From Eledone cirrhosa (lineage: Eukaryota), in the NCBI GenBank assembly GCA_964016885.1, contig OZ024747.1, positions 55,738,001-55,802,000 on the forward strand: 64,000 nucleotides of DNA, in the 5' to 3' direction. Positions within the stretch are counted from its first letter, which is position 1. Every line of letters begins with the position of its first letter. Made by a program: the position numbers and the translations under genes. The notes beneath the pieces were generated by a model. It was given only the letters and a program-made list of their open reading frames with translations, made no database searches and was not told the DNA's origin. Below, in pieces: positions 16,684-28,067 of the stretch.

Positions 16684-16867
16684 AGGAACCAGTAAGACCC
16701 CCGACAGCTGAGCTCAAGCCGTTTCGACGGCTAATTTTAGCCGTTGAAACGGCTTGAGCTCAGCTGTCGGGGTCTTACTGGTTCCTATTACCCACTCTAC
16801 TACCTCAAGTATTGAGTACTTTGGTGCGTTATGGTCCACCTGGTTCCTTACCACATTTCCTTCGTTA
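16684..16867 (+). mobile_element. Palindrome-plus-tail element, copy 3 (variant arms)
   Basis: aggaaccagtaagacccccgacagctgagctcaagccg...cggcttgagctcagctgtcggggtcttactggttcct (16684-16786) plus the shared tail. Confidence 0.9.
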
Positions 16868-16886
16868 TATATATATATATATAAGT

Positions 16887-17006
16887 GAAGGCGTGTGGCT
16901 GAGTGGTTAGAGTATTCGATTCACAATCGTGAGGTTGTGAGTTCGATTCCTGAACCAGGCGATGCGTTATGTCCTTGAGCAAGACACTTTATTTCACGTT
17001 GCTCCT
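16887..17006 (+). mobile_element. tRNA-derived SINE (family B), 5' part
   Basis: A-box tggctgagtgg, B-box gagttcgattcc, core tccttgagcaagacactttatttcac shared with 47770 copy. Confidence 0.85.
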
Positions 17007-17103
17007 TCTACCTGGAGTTGCGACCGATAGATAGTATTAGCAATTGGAAAGACCAACGGAAACATAGTTTCCTCGGTCCGATTTGACGAAAGTCGATCGA
17101 CTA

Positions 17104-17159
<56 letters not shown>

Positions 17160-17182
17160 ATGTGTGTGGGTGTGGGTGTGGG

Positions 17183-17218
<36 letters not shown>

Positions 17219-17482
17219 TCCCTCCATTTTCTAATTCCTCTTCCTCACTCTCTATACTAGTAATTACAATTCCAAAAAAATGTTTTTCTATATATTAAGA
17301 ACTTTTAAGAGTAACTTATTCACTATTTTGAAAATTTGGACGTGGACAACAATTATTATTGAGTGGCTGCTATTTGCAGTATAGCAATATAAGGTTGCAC
17401 TTACCAATCAAACGGTCGTAAATACCTGGATAAAATCCTTTTTTTAATGCTTACCTGTGTTTTCTCTTTTATCCTATATATA

Positions 17483-19392
17483 TCATCATCATCATCATCA
17501 TCAACGTTTAACGTCCGTGTTCCACGCTTGCATGGGTTTGGACGGGGGTAGTCCCACTTGAGGCAAGAGTGATTGTCTTGCTCGCATAGGACTGTCTGGC
17601 AGGTTTTCTACAGTTGGATGCCCTTCCTAACACCAACCACATTTACAGTGTGGGTCTGGGAGGTTTTTACCGTGTTGCCTACACGGCCACATTACAGCGT
17701 GGACTGTGTGTTTTTTTGTCGTGACACCTACACGATCTCATTTGTTTCGGCCTGGATGGCGCGGCACCAACATAACTTTACATAGAACGGGGTGGTGTGG
17801 ATGGGGTGGGGGTGGGGGTGGTGGGACGGGGTGTATTTTGTTAGAGATGCCTACTGGCTGGAGTAGGTTTTACTATATATTTAGGTAAGGCGGGTCTTCT
17901 CTGTTACTGAGTACCGCCAAAGGTCTCGGTCCAGTGACATTGTCTTGGAGAGGTGTAAGTGTGTGATGTCGGAGTTTATCAGCTCGTCCCAGGTTTTTCT
18001 AGGTCTGCCTATTCCGTGACTACCGTCTATCTTTATTGCCCTGCACTTTGTTATACAGCTATCGACTTTCATGCGCATCACGTGTCCATACAAACGTAGC
18101 CTTCTCTCGAGTAAACAACATCTGATCCCTCTCATCTCTAATTTTTTCCTTAGTTCGTTTATGCTTTGCCGTTCACGTATATTACTGTTACACATCCAGC
18201 GGAGCATGCAAGCTTCGTTCCTCTCTAGTCTGCGTATATCCTCTGCACACAATGCCCTGGTCTCACTGCCATGCAACATTGCTGTTCGTATGCAGGCATC
18301 GTACAACCTGCCTTTCATTTTTAGGGAGAACCCTTTAGCAGCTAATAGTGGTATAAGCTCTCTGAACTTTTTCCAACCAGTTCTGACTCTAGCTACAGTA
18401 CTTTCAGAGCACCCTCCCCCACTGCTGATTTTATCGCCCAGGTAACGGAAGCTGTCCACTATTTCCATAGAACCCTCTGCGCAATTGAAAGAGCTAGTAT
18501 TTTGTGGGCACTTGCTGCTACTTATTGCACCAGAACACCGGCCACATGTAAAATCTATGTTCTTAGTTAGCTTACCTGTGATCCCACTACATCTTTTATG
18601 CACCCATACTTTGCATTTAGGACATAAAATGGAGTTTCTACCTACGCCTTTCCTACACACCGAGCACGACCATTTCCCAGAAGGGATCGCCGCCTTGTTT
18701 TCTTTCCTACAAACTAGAACTTTGGTCTTAGCCAGGTTAATTTTAAGTCCATTTGACTCTAGGCCGTGCTTCCATGTTTGGAATTTCTTCTCTAGCTCGA
18801 CCATTGATTCCGCTATGAGTGTCAGGTCGTCTGCGTATAGGAGTTCCCATGGGCAGCCTGTCTTGAACTCCTCTGTTATAGCCTGAAGGGCAATAATAAA
18901 TAGTAGGGGGCTGAGAACAGAGCCCTGATGGATGCCAACTTTTACGCTAAACTCTTCACTATATTCGTTGTTAATTCTAACCTTGCTGACTGTTTCTTTA
19001 TACATGGCTTGTATAGCCCTCACAAGCCATTCGTCAACGCCTAGTTTTCTAAGAGCCCACCAGATAATGGAGCGGGGGACTCTGTCGAAGGCTTTCTCCA
19101 AGTCGACAAAAGCTAAGTAGAGGGGTTTACCTTTAGCTAGGTACTTCTCCTGTAGTTGTTGTACTATGAAAAGAGCGTCTGTGGTACTTTTGCCTGACAC
19201 AAACCCGAACTGCATTTCATCTAGGTCAATTCTCTCTCTGATTAGTTGCGCTATTACTTTTTCCGTGACCTTCATGACCTGGTCGATTAATTTAATGCCT
19301 CTATAGTTACTCCTATCTAGGGCGTCTCCTTTACCCTTATAACAGTTAAAGATGATGCTGCTATGCCAGTCCTTCGGAACAACCCCATTCTG
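17483..19392 (-). mobile_element. 5'-truncated young RTE-clade LINE with full 3' UTR and (ATG)n tail
   Basis: RT ORF below; 3' end ...cggacgttaaacgttgatgatgatg; 5' end abuts a (TA)/(CA) microsatellite. Confidence 0.95.
17881..19392 (-). CDS. RTE LINE ORF C-terminal part: reverse transcriptase with inserted PHD-type zinc finger (5'-truncated; the ORF-track Met lies in the microsatellite)
   Basis: Motifs [66 protein letters not shown]; no stop codons over about 500 codons. Confidence 0.95.
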   Translation of the reverse strand, partial: QNGVVPKDWHSSIIFNCYKGKGDALDRSNYRGIKLIDQVMKVTEKVIAQLIRERIDLDEMQFGFVSGKSTTDALFIVQQLQEKYLAKGKPLYLAFVDLEKAFDRVPRSIIWWALRKLGVDEWLVRAIQAMYKETVSKVRINNEYSEEFSVKVGIHQGSVLSPLLFIIALQAITEEFKTGCPWELLYADDLTLIAESMVELEKKFQTWKHGLESNGLKINLAKTKVLVCRKENKAAIPSGKWSCSVCRKGVGRNSILCPKCKVWVHKRCSGITGKLTKNIDFTCGRCSGAISSSKCPQNTSSFNCAEGSMEIVDSFRYLGDKISSGGGCSESTVARVRTGWKKFRELIPLLAAKGFSLKMKGRLYDACIRTAMLHGSETRALCAEDIRRLERNEACMLRWMCNSNIRERQSINELRKKLEMRGIRCCLLERRLRLYGHVMRMKVDSCITKCRAIKIDGSHGIGRPRKTWDELINSDITHLHLSKTMSLDRDLWRYSVTEKTRLT

Positions 19393-19524
19393 TGTATATA
19401 TATATATATATATACACACACATATATTTATATCTGTATACATATATATCTATATCTATATACATTTATATTTATATCTATATCCAGATCTATATATATA
19501 TATATATAAATATATATTTATATG

Positions 19525-20075
19525 TCAACATGATGCTTTAACATCCACTTTCCCAGCTAGCAATGGGTTGGATGCATCTATGTAGACCAAGTTAGTACTG
19601 AAGCAGGGCTACTGAGCTGTTTATGTAAGGTTTCATGATCCACCAAATGCACAGGAGAGGTTGTCATCTCTTTGACACAATGGACACAGCCCTTTGTTTA
19701 GCAAGCCCTCCTTGGCTAGATGCCATTTCCATCACCAACCACTTCAAGGTGGGGTTGAGGCTGAGAATGCGTGTGTGTGGTGTGTATGGTGAGGGTGTTG
19801 TAGTGATGGAAAGGGAGGGAGCATGGAGATAAGTCAGGTTAGATTGTGATTGTATGCTGCAGGTGGGTCTTGTTTAGCATCACATATTACCAGCCTTCCC
19901 AGTCTTTAATCATTTCTGTTGTGAGGTTTAGTTTTATAAGGTCAGTCTTCATAACCTCATCCCATGTCTTCCTGGGACTGCCTCTTCCATGGGTCCCAGC
20001 CACTGGGTTCTCTCTGCATTTCTTTATGAAGCTGTTATCTTCCATGCCCATCACATGTTGATGCCATCACATTCT
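19525..20075 (-). mobile_element. Old decayed RTE 3' end (ORF tail plus UTR)
   Basis: Reverse strand reads ...GTHGRGSPRKTWDEVMKTDL...; tttaacatccactttcc-type terminus near 19537. Confidence 0.65.
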
Positions 20076-21699
20076 TTTCTATGACCATCAAACATAAAAG
20101 TATACATTGAATATCAATGTAATCTTATATACTCTAGTATATCTGTAAACGAAAACAATCAGGATGGTCATGGCTGGAACACCTCTGATCATACATTAAC
20201 TGACCAGGAATGGTGTTGCTGGTGTTGGTAGCAGATGTACACAACAACAATAGCAGCAACAACAAACAGAAAGGTTATATAGAGCATAATAATATAAAAT
20301 AAATTCTCTTTACTTCTATTCCTATTTTCCTGCTATGTAGCAGTGACACTTCTCTGACCATTTCACCTCCTCTCACTACCACCCCTCACACGTCTTCATT
20401 TTCCTTTTCAATATGTTTCCATCTCTTTCAACTGTTCCTTGCTAAAAGTGATCCTGTTTTTCTCTTTGTCTGATGTTTATAGGAACAACCTTTATTGATG
20501 GCTGACATATGTGTCAACTCCTTGACCTCCAGTTCACGAGATCAGATAACCCATCTCTTGGCACTATATACATTGTGTGTAAAGATAGGCAAAAACAGTG
20601 AACCTTTTTCACACATTTTCACTTCTGCTACTTCAAGACTACCTTGGCTGTGTGAATGAGATGTTCTGAGATTAAGGGTCATGCCACTAACAGAAGACCC
20701 TACTACCTCACTGGAGGCTCAATAACTCTTCTTCGCAATTCTATCATTGCATGTAAGCATATTTGTACTTGGTTTCCTTTAAAGTTACTCCAAAAATACA
20801 CAAATAGTCACACACACACACAGAATTGCTTTAGATTATTTGTCCTCCTCTACATGCTGAGTTCAAATCCTACCAAATTTATATTTATCTAGCACATTGT
20901 AGGCAATATAAATTATTATTCAGCACATACACAGAGATATCTCTATTACTTAATCACATAAATATTTCATATGAAAACATAGAAAAAAAATGAAAGAAAA
21001 TAAGTCTACACTAAATGTGTCAGTCAGTCACATACCACAAGGGGTGCTGGAGCCATTCTCAAATACATTTTAAGGCAAGCCAACACACTGGGTGCATTGT
21101 TGCAAGTGATAGCAAAGCTAAGGCGCTGGAACAACTAAGCACACTCGTGGAGTTCAGCTGATGCCTCAGTGAGGGAGCTGCCAACAATAAGAATTTCATT
21201 GTCATTGGCTCCAAAATGCACACATATATACACACACACAGATCTGTGTTGTGCTATGTATCTGTAGTCAATACTTACCAAAGATATATTTATGCTGTTC
21301 TTGCCCTTGTGGCAATATAAATACATCATTATTATTAATTTGCAGCTTAGACAAGAGACGGCCATGGCTATGGAGTTAACACACTTCACAACTATGTATG
21401 TTGGGGCTTGATCCCAAATACCATGATGGAAGGTTTTAATATAAAAGTAAACATTTAGAAATGATCAGTTTTGTATCATAGAACCAGGGGCAGTTCCTGA
21501 TGGTTTGTTACCAAATTGGTTTGGGTTGGGTTAAACATTCTCAGATAAACTAAAGGTGTGTGGGTCAAATTTGGTGTAAAGCAGAGATTCTCAAAATGGC
21601 CGCTATGGGCGTTGACAAGGTCCAGAGTGTGCTGGGGCCTAAGGTGGCAGTGGGTGGTAGAGATGATATAATAGTATATTAAATATGAAATGATGCATA

Positions 21700-22450
21700 T
21701 CTATACTATAAAGCTGACGGCCGTATGTAGGTAACAAACTTTCCGCCAAACGGCTGGACCAAACAGCACCAAATTTTCACCATAGATGTAACGTTTTCCA
21801 AGTAAATAAGTGAGGGTATTTTTGTCTACTGAATTTTGTTAAAAGATTAAAGACATTATTTAAATATTCACTTCTTTAAAATTTCAAATGTCAACACTTA
21901 TGACACAATACGTCATTCTTCACTTTATCTTATGACGTCGCACAACATTCCCCTCTTTTTCTTAGTCTGTCTTTTTAGATAGATACATAGCTATAACGTA
22001 GCACCCTTATAATATGTCTCTGTATGTCTGGCTGTCTGCATTAGATAACGTTTTTCGAAATATTTACTTCTGCGTTCACAGACGGATTTTTTTAGTTCCA
22101 GAAGATCCCGTTAAGGGTGAAAGCAGCGATTCTTTGCTTAAACGTTAATCTGTTATTTTAATATATATATTCATGTACAGATATTTTTTGCATACACAAA
22201 AACAAAAACCTATTTATTTCACGAAAGCACAGACGGCTTATCGTCATTGTTACTGTTCGATGTTAGAGGACCACAGTCTTTCCAAGATCTGAGAACCATC
22301 AATGGCCATCAATGTTCCACTTACCGTTTGGCTTTCCAGATGCGTGGTATGTTACACATGACAGCCATTGACACCTCACCCTGCAAGAAGCAGCAACTGC
22401 TAAAGTCCCTTCTCAGCTGCGAAAACCTTTTGCTATTATGCTGTCACCAA
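21700..22450 (+). mobile_element. Helitron 5' end plus Rep/helicase fragment (pseudogenised)
   Basis: A|TCTATACTATAAAG 5' terminus at 21700; 22247-22445 encodes LLFDVRGPQSFQDLRTINGHQCSTYRLA...GML then, in another frame, TLQEAATAKVPSQLRKPFAIML, matching the Helitron GPTSFEDLRTVNG...QLRxLFAxIL region. Confidence 0.8.
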
Positions 22451-22451
22451 G

Positions 22452-24067
22452 TTGGGAGTTGACCTGGATCTGAATGTCTGGAAACTGGATGATACTTGCT
22501 TTGTGGGGTGGGATCCTCCAGACAAGGTTCTTGCGACTGCAAAGACGATGATTGAGGAGCTGGGTCGTAGGGCCTTCACGTCAACAGTTCCAAATTCGAG
22601 CTCTGGCTCCTCAACCGCCCAGCTTCATATCAAGAGACTGATGACCTGTTTACAAAGTCTTTCCCATCCATCACGGTTCCTCCCTTGGCGTCCCAGTTAC
22701 TGATCAAGCCTTCGAGTCCATCTTTCAATGGAAGTTGGCTAACCTCAAGCAACTTTTAAAAACCTCGAAGTCATTGCGCCTCACAAAGGCTTTTATATTC
22801 TCTGGAATTATCTGTCAATCCTTAAGTTGTATTTCCTTAGACTTAGTCCCTCTTACACATTTTCGTCGTCTCTCCAACGCTTCGACGATCTAATATTCAG
22901 TAAGCTCGAGGGTTTTGTCAATGTCCGACCCTCTCAACAGTCCCGTGACCAAGCTACCTTAACCAAACGGTTTGGCGGTCTCAGTTTGCGTAACTGTTCT
23001 GCTTTGTCCCTACCTCACTTTCTTTCCTCCATCCTCGCCTGCTCCCCTTTGCTGGGTGACATCCTCTCCTTCCCAAATTGGACTAGTTCCATCAAGGAGT
23101 TGGATGAAGCTTTACTACAGTGGTGGGAGCTGGGCTTGTCAGTCCCAGTTACTGATGAGGATAGACGGAAGCAGAGAGTATGGGACAATTTGCATTCGAG
23201 GGAAACTTTCAACTCTCTCTTTGATCTTTCTAATCAATTTTCTAGGTGCCGCTTATTTTCTGCTAGCGCAAGTTTTCGAGGGTGTCTCGATGGATGACCT
23301 GCCTGTGGCCAACATTAGTGGCCTTCTAAGTCAGAACGAACTCCGTTTCTCCATTACAGTTCGTGTGGGAGCCGACGTCTGTAGAAGTCTGAGATGCCGC
23401 TGTGGTAGATCCCTCGACTCCACAGATTTAAATGGTTTGTCCTGCCGCCTGAATTCTGGTCATTTTGCCCGTCACACCTGATCATCAAACGGGCCCTGGA
23501 TCGGGTAAATATCCCCACAGTTTTCGAACTGGCATTTATCCGGAAGTGATGAGAAGAGACCAGACGGTCTTGCCCTTTGTCCCCAGGTAGGAGGCAGGTG
23601 TCTCATCTGGGACGTCACAGTCAGTGTCTCCTTTGCTCCCTTACACATCATTGATGCTGCAGTGAATGTCGGGGTCAACGCTTCTGTTGCCGAACGGAAT
23701 AAAATTCTGAAATACCAGGCCTTATCAAATAATAATTTTTTCCAGCCTGCGGCGTTCGGTGGAGTTGGGCCGCTGACAGCGAAGTTCTTGTCACCACTGG
23801 TGGCTCACCGTATTGAGATGTCAGGTGATGCCCGTGTGGGTGCCGGGTTATTTCAGCGCCTTAGCCTCGTTATGACCCGTGGTGTTTCTGCGAGCGTGTT
23901 GTCTTGCCTGAAAGTGTGTAGTTAACCCCTCAGGTGTGAGGCGCGGCCGATTATTACACTGCAGTAAACACGGGTTTTATTTTCTATCAGGTCCTCCAGT
24001 ATCAGGATACGGTCAGCATTTATACTGTTTTATTGTCATTTATATAACTGAATTATAGAAGAAATAA
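22452..24067 (+). mobile_element. Decayed 5'-truncated CRE-like non-LTR retrotransposon (RT C-terminus, zinc knuckle, restriction-like endonuclease)
   Basis: Frameshifted motifs LNVWKLDD (WYLDDG-like), RFGGLSLR, CRCG...LSC...G...RH, RPDG...WDVT, ERNKILKY...FFQPAAF..G, LFQRLSLVMTRG..ASVL; stop at 23925; 3' UTR ending in aataaa. Confidence 0.8.
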
Positions 24068-24071
24068 ATAT

Positions 24072-24695
24072 TGTTATATATGGGGAGGGTCGTGTTGCCC
24101 TAATATTTTTAATTGACGAAAGGACTTTGAGAAATTAAATTTATATTTTTAACCGTTTGTCAATCAATGATAAACATTGATTTCCTGCTAAATTATTTAT
24201 AAAAATATACAGATATACTAAAGCGAAACCAAACCAAACTGTGAGTGTGTTATAGTGGATTGGCAGTATCGGTAGAGGGTCGGACGCCATGCTTTCCAGC
24301 ATAGTTACGTCCCTTTACGATCTGAGTTCAAATCCCGCCGAGGTTGACTTTGTCTTTCATCCTTACGGGGTCGATAAAATAAAGTACCAGTAATGCACTG
24401 GGTAATTGCTGGCCTTGTGCCAAAAGTAAAAAAAAATTATTATTATATTTAGCAAAGGGTGGTGGATTGCAGTATCGGTAGAGGGTCGGACGCCATGTTT
24501 TGCAACAAAGAGTTACGGCCCTTTATGGTCTGATCAAATCCCGCCGAGGTTAACTTTGCCTTTCATCCTTACGGAGGTCGATAAAATAAAGTACCAGTAA
24601 TACACTAGGATAATTGCTGGCCTTGTGCCAAAAGTAGAAACAGTTATATTATTATATTTAGCAATATTAGGACATGACCCTCCCCAAATATAACA
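24072..24695. mobile_element. Non-autonomous TIR element with TGT...ACA ends (Ginger-like), containing two SINEs
   Basis: TIRs tgttatatatggggagggtcgtgttgccctaatatt / aatattaggacatgaccctccccaaatataaca; ATAT on both sides (24068-24071, 24696-24699). Confidence 0.7.
24255..24650 (+). mobile_element. Two tandem family-A SINEs (24255-24447, 24457-24650)
   Basis: Both begin gtggattg(g)cagtatcggtagagggtcggacgccatg and carry the shared core and tail. Confidence 0.9.
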
Positions 24696-26175
24696 ATATC
24701 TGTTTCAACTCATGATTTCATATCAAAACCCTTACGAAACAAACAAATACATCGCTGCCAGAAGGAATAAAATTAAATTTTTAAATATCAACGGCATAAT
24801 CGTAATCTCTATCGTCGAAAATGTATTTTGTGCAGAGATACAAACATGAAAGGTAATCTGGAAGAGTTGGTTAACTTTTGAACATCCATTAGAAGTGATT
24901 GGAGTGAGTAGTGAAATCTTTTAAAACTCTTAACAAGGCATTTTATGTGTAGAGTGGTGAAGTGTGAAAGATCACAGTTTTGTCTCAGGGTGGTCGTCTC
25001 TGTATATAATGTATATATTGTTTTGCCCTGACAATGTTATGGGGAACAAATTCGTTTGGGTAGATTTTTAACGGATGTACAAGAGAGTTTTGTACTTTGT
25101 TTTGGTTCATTTTTAGTGGTGTAGTTGGTGTTACTAGATGAATTGATGAAGTAGTTGGTTGAGATCATGGTAAGTGAGTGAAGTGTGTCTCGGTAGTAAT
25201 GAGTGATTTGCTGGTCGAATCCATTGTAAGTAAAGTGAGTAACAGTGGTTTGTTGGCCAAGTCCATGGTGAATGAGAGAAGTGTATCTCAGTGAGCCGAG
25301 AGAATTGTTGCCGTGAAGTCTTGATATGGTCGAGGAAACAAGTTGCTGTAGTTGCTTGTTGTGGTGTGATACTGTCGCGGAGAAAACGATTTTCCCAAGT
25401 CACATTGATATGAATTTACAAATGAACAAGAAACCGATGATTTTAATGTTTTTATTAGTTGCATGATTTACTTCACAATTATGCGCAATGGTACTGTGTT
25501 TGTTTGTGGAGTGTTTAGGTTGGTTGACTTTGCATGTGTGAATGTAGAATCTAAACGTAGTGAATTCGACAAACCGTTTGTTGATGTTGGTTGTCAGCAG
25601 AGCTGGCTACATGACGAAATGTGCCTGTGTCAAAATTTCTCGTGTTCATAAGGATTGGATTGCCCAGAAACATTAAAAAGGTAACCTATGATACTTTAAA
25701 AAAAAGGCAGTAAATCTATATGGCGAAATCGTTTGACCAAACAGAGGAATTGATATCTCAATAACTCCGACTGAGTTTAAATGTCAGTGTGTGTTGATAA
25801 TATGTCTATTTAAGTATATGAGGAAGAATCTCTTGAGGTTTCGTTACAGGTTGTTATTAAATTCTAACTATACAAAAAAGCAATAAATAAAATAAAGATG
25901 CTAAATCGAAACATATTATTTTCGGTAATCCAATTGTTTTGGTAAATATAGCAATTTGGTGCATAGTTAAACATGAAGCTACCAATAATGAAGAGTATAA
26001 AAATAATATCAGTTGGCCTCTTCGAATTATTGAAAGGAATGTTGCGCTTTAGTATGAATTTATGAATTTATTCCACTCTAAAAACGATATTGTACATAAA
26101 CCCGGAATTTAACCCCAATATTTTAGAAGGAAGAAAATTCAGCTAAACTGGTAAGTACCATCATCATCCTGAGGT

Positions 26176-26394
26176 TTAACCCTTCAGCATTTACATTACT
26201 TTATATATACTATTATATTTTCATGGTAAAGGCTTTACCTCACATAATATCGAATCTATGAGATTTTTATATTATTTATTTTGATAACAATACCTTAACA
26301 TCAGTATGAGTGACCAGTTACGGCCAGTTTGAACAGAAAAAAACATGAGAGAATTCTAGCCAGATACAGCTGGTTTAAATTGCTTAGGGGTTAA
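26176..26394. mobile_element. piggyBac-type MITE
   Basis: TTAA-cccttcagcattta...aattgcttagggg-TTAA; homologous to 38873-39045. Confidence 0.7.
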
Positions 26395-27062
26395 TCCTAT
26401 GTAAAAGACAGGTGTCTTGTCCACGGAAGAGACTTTGCATGATATGACTGAAACCACTGCCATTAGAACACCTGCAAAACCTCCTAGAAGGCTAGTTTAA
26501 TTTCATAGGTGTGAGTTGTAACAACAACTGACTCTGGACAAAGAATTAAGCCTACTACCTATGTCTTTACATAGTCATCACTCCTGAGAGGTATTTCTCC
26601 CAGAGAAGGCCTCTGTGCAGTGGTACAATCTAATGGAAATAGCAGCTAAATTTCCATCAAATCAAATTTATCCATTATCAATAGGGAATGAATACAATAA
26701 CTACCTTTCACAAAATATTCAACGACAGATATATACATTACACAGAGAGACGACCATTTGGAGATAAAACTGTCACCTTACATATTTCACTATTTCATAA
26801 TATTTAATGTTTTTCAGGGGTTTTAAGTGATATCACTTTTTATTTCCATCATGTTTAATGAATGTTTAAAAATTAACTTATTCTTTTAGGTTACCTTTCA
26901 TATTTTACAATTTTTTGTTTCGATTTTCTTTTTAAAGTTTGAAAAGCACATATTGAAACAATTTTGTTGTATATACTAGAAGATGAGGTAATTTTTTACA
27001 GGTCCATGTTTAAAAAGTTTATCCTTACTAGGTCAGAGGTTATTACTATGTTAAAGTAAACA

Positions 27063-27255
27063 GGGCGGTGGATTGGCAGTATTGGTAGAGGGTCGGACGC
27101 CATGCTTTCCAGCATAGTTACGTCCCTTTACCATCTGAGTTCAAATCCCGCCGAGGTTGACTTTGCCTTTCATCCTTACGGGGTCGATAAAATAAAGTAC
27201 CAGTAATACACTGGGTATTTGCTGGCCTTGTGCCTAACGTAGAAACAATTACTAT
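27063..27255 (+). mobile_element. Family-A SINE, full length
   Basis: A/B boxes, core and tail as other copies. Confidence 0.9.
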
Positions 27256-27717
27256 GTTAAAGTAAACTAAAACTTGTATATTCCTTAAATGTCCTGGCAT
27301 TTTCTTTCATCCTGATGGACTTTTTGTTTTTGCTGATAATATATTACACAAGATACAGAAATATGAGAAAAAAAGATAAAAACAAAGTTAAGTAATGAGA
27401 AAATGGGGAAGGGGTAAAGAAGGGCAGATCTGGCTGTATGGGAAAGTAGAGGAAAGGACTTTGAAAGCCATAAATGAAAGGAAAAGCAAGGACTCTGGAG
27501 TCAGAGGAGAAAGGGAAGGGGTGAAGGTGATTGGCTCTGGGTCAGCGACACTTGCTGCAACAGCCACCCGACTAGTGGGGCTCCTTCCTTAGACAGGCTG
27601 CTGATGTTCTGATCTTGCAGCGGAGCTTGGTAGTGTGGGGTCTGTGTGTATTCCTGAGGTCTCAACAGCATCCAGTGTGAAGAGGAAGCAGTAAGACAAC
27701 CCTTGCTATCTGTTTAC

Positions 27718-27744
27718 CTTTCTTTCCTCCTCATTGGCGGCCAT
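27718..27744 (-). other. Candidate first coding exon MAANEEERK overlapping a YY1-like motif
   Basis: Minus strand gcaatATGGCCGCCAATGAGGAGGAAAGAAAG|gtaaac in a unique, relatively GC-rich 27400-27800 segment; no homology evidence. Confidence 0.25.
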
Positions 27745-27876
27745 ATTGCCAGGGTTTGTGGCCGAAGCGATTAAGTTGGAAGGGAAGAATATGTCACCAA
27801 TAATTTTCAATTTATTGATGAAATTGAAATATGAAAAATAATTACAATGTATCAAATATCTAAAAATTTTAATAAA

Positions 27877-28067
27877 TAATTGTTTCTACTTTTGGCACAA
27901 GGCCAGCAATTACTCAGTACATTACTGGTACTTTATTTTATCGACCCTGTAAGGATGAAAGGCAAAGTTAACTTGGGCGGGATTTGAACTCAGAATGGCA
28001 AGGGCCGTAACTCTATGCGTCAAAGCATGGCGTCCGACCCTCTACCGATACTGCCAATTCACCGCCC
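27877..28067 (-). mobile_element. Family-A SINE
   Basis: Reverse complement of the family consensus. Confidence 0.9.

Noticed and set aside
17789-17833. G-run cluster (possible G-quadruplex) in the RTE 3' UTR
   Set aside because: G-rich on the antisense strand only and explained by a simple (GGGGGT)n tract; no evidence of function
18071-19120. Plus-strand ORFs overlapping the RTE
   Set aside because: Antisense shadows of the RT ORF with no motifs
24255-24340. A-box and B-box sequences as true tRNA genes
   Set aside because: No cloverleaf or acceptor stem; they run into a shared SINE core and occur in more than 15 diverged copies
24840-26110. Non-repetitive-looking segment with short ORFs (25134-25403, 25463-25651)
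   Set aside because: No recognisable motifs, splice structure or terminal repeats; possibly an old unclassified element
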